342 nt of DNA. Origin: Escherichia coli. GTDB taxonomy: Bacteria; Pseudomonadota; Gammaproteobacteria; Enterobacterales; Enterobacteriaceae. The notes under the pieces were generated by a model that saw only the letters and a list, made by a program, of their open reading frames with translations, ran no database searches and was not told where the DNA came from. Positions 1 to 342 of this stretch are shown here, piece by piece (positions within the stretch are counted from its first letter, which is position 1; each line of letters begins with the position of its first letter). Position numbers and translations under genes: made by a program. The DNA lies in assembly GCF_003334385.1 (NCBI RefSeq), contig NZ_QOWN01000197.1. The stretch is one strand, 5' to 3'.

Positions 1-1
1 A

Positions 2-127
2 GAGCAGGCGATGTTTACCAAAGGTCTGGAAATTCATGTCAGACAGCGCACGATGAAAAAAGAGATTGAAGCGCTGGATGATGCGGAAGCTATACTGGCG
101 TATAAAATCGGTATCACAGACGGCTGA
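2..127 (+). CDS. 3' end of a protein-coding gene, 5'-partial (alternatively a 38-codon small ORF if the in-frame ATG at 11-13 is the true start); product not recognised
   Basis: Frame 2 is the only + frame open across 2-127 (frame 1 stops at TGA 67-69, frame 3 at TGA 54-56). Translation: EQA-MFTKGLEIHVRQRTMKKEIEALDDAEAILAYKIGITDG, then tandem in-frame stops TGA(125-127) TAA(128-130). Codon choice looks enterobacterial (CTG, GCG, GAA, AAA, ATT common). There is no convincing Shine-Dalgarno in the 10 nt before ATG 11 (agagcaggcg), so the frame most likely enters from upstream of the window. Confidence 0.55.
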   Translation, partial: EQAMFTKGLEIHVRQRTMKKEIEALDDAEAILAYKIGITDG

Positions 128-128
128 T

Positions 129-158
129 AAAAAAGAGAGGGGCAAGCCATAGCCCCTT
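129..158 (-). terminator. Weaker terminator-like hairpin in minus-strand orientation (second or backup terminator, or 3' end of a short minus-strand transcript)
   Basis: Stem 137-143 (gaggggc) pairing with 152-158 (gcccctt), including one G:U pair, 8-nt loop aagccata. An alternative register is gcaag 142-146 with cttgc 156-160. On the minus strand the stem is followed by TC then TTTTTT (complement of + strand A-tract 129-134). No T-tract follows it on the + strand. Confidence 0.45.
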
Positions 159-219
159 GCTACAAATCTACAGCTAAATAATACCCTGGTTGAGGCAAAT
201 TATTCGGTAATAAAAATTT

Positions 220-241
220 AAGGAGGCACAATAGCCTCCTT
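220..241. repeat. Perfect 8-bp inverted repeat AAGGAGGC-N6-GCCTCCTT (stem-loop); function unknown, contains a consensus Shine-Dalgarno-like motif
   Basis: 220-227 aaggaggc is the exact reverse complement of 234-241 gcctcctt, with 6-nt spacer acaata (228-233). Because it is a palindrome, the motif AAGGAGGC is presented on both strands. The minus strand has AAA TTTTT immediately 3' of the stem (complement of 211-219); the + strand has no T-tract after it. Confidence 0.8.
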
Positions 242-257
242 CACCCCTGTCAAAGAT

Positions 258-284
258 AAAAAACCGGGGAGTGCGTGCTCCCCG
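258..284 (-). terminator. Rho-independent (intrinsic) terminator for a minus-strand transcript
   Basis: 7-bp GC-rich stem, 265-271 (cggggag) pairing with 278-284 (ctccccg), six G:C pairs, 6-nt loop tgcgtg (272-277). On the minus strand the stem is followed by G then TTTTTT (complement of the + strand A-tract 258-263) and ATCTTT. On the + strand no T-tract follows the stem, so it is unidirectional. Confidence 0.75.
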
Positions 285-315
285 AGAGCATGATACTTGT
301 GGTTGATAGTTATTT

Positions 316-342
316 TTATCCGGCGACAAAGATATTGAGATG
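316..342 (-). CDS. Possible 3' end of a minus-strand protein-coding gene (only 8 sense codons plus stop in the window); product unknown
   Basis: Minus-strand frame reads CAT CTC AAT ATC TTT GTC GCC GGA TAA (…HLNIFVAG-stop), with the stop at + coordinates 316-318. The stop lies 31 nt upstream of the strong minus-strand terminator stem at 284, the expected gene-end layout. The other two minus frames are also open here, so the frame is chosen from position relative to the terminator, not from coding statistics. Confidence 0.3.
   Translation of the reverse strand, partial: HLNIFVAG

Noticed and set aside
101-106. TATAAA -10-like hexamer on the + strand inside the CDS
   Set aside because: No matching -35 element at proper spacing, and it lies within the coding frame. 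It is probably just codons TAT AAA.
1-199. Long open frame on the minus strand antisense to the + CDS (open from 199 down to 1)
   Set aside because: It would have to be translated straight through the terminator-like hairpin at 137-158. The only start candidates before the ATG at 37-35 are a TTG inside the hairpin loop and an ATG on the 3' slope of the hairpin C U-tract, with no SD. Open antisense frames opposite real genes are common artefacts. The + strand frame, ending in tandem stops just before the hairpin, is the more coherent reading.
248-253. Consensus -35 hexamer TTGACA on the minus strand (+ strand tgtcaa)
   Set aside because: There is no acceptable -10 hexamer at 16-18 nt spacing; the 17-nt position reads TGTGCC and the nearest TATAAT-like sequence (TATTGT) is at 14 nt. 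A lone hexamer match in AT-rich intergenic DNA is expected by chance.
231-293. + strand 20-codon frame downstream of the AAGGAGG motif, ending at TGA 291-293
   Set aside because: The only codon at SD-appropriate spacing is ATA (231-233), which is not a standard initiation codon. There is no ATG, GTG or TTG in that frame between the upstream stop (219-221) and the TGA.
290-342. + strand ORF starting at ATG 290-292 (MILVVDSYFYPATKILR…) and running off the window
   Set aside because: It has only a weak purine stretch (gagagc) directly abutting the ATG as a ribosome-binding site, uses several rare codons (ATA, AGT, AGA), and starts just 6 nt after a hairpin whose orientation marks the end of a minus-strand transcription unit. 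It overlaps the more plausible minus-strand gene end at 316-342. It cannot be excluded without more sequence.
1-342. Signatures of a mobile element, CRISPR array, defence system or other novel system
   Set aside because: There are no direct repeats with regular spacers, no terminal inverted repeats flanking a transposase-like frame, and no tRNA-like structure. The window holds only two gene ends and terminator-type hairpins, and 342 bp cannot support a system-level claim.

Overview
This 342-bp window reads as an ordinary convergent gene-end junction, most likely from an enterobacterial-type genome (judged by codon usage only; no search was possible). The + strand carries the last ~40 codons of a protein-coding frame ending in tandem stops TGA-TAA at 125-130. 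The minus strand probably carries the last 9 codons of a second gene, with its stop at 316-318. The ~188-bp gap between them (128-315) holds three stem-loops, each followed by a T-tract on the minus strand only: a strong intrinsic terminator at 258-284, a weaker terminator-like hairpin at 129-158, and a perfect 8-bp palindrome at 220-241 that buries an AAGGAGG Shine-Dalgarno-like motif. I see no CRISPR repeats, no mobile-element ends, no tRNA or rRNA, and nothing that supports calling a novel biological system in a window this small. The findings are modest structural observations and I did not recognise either protein.
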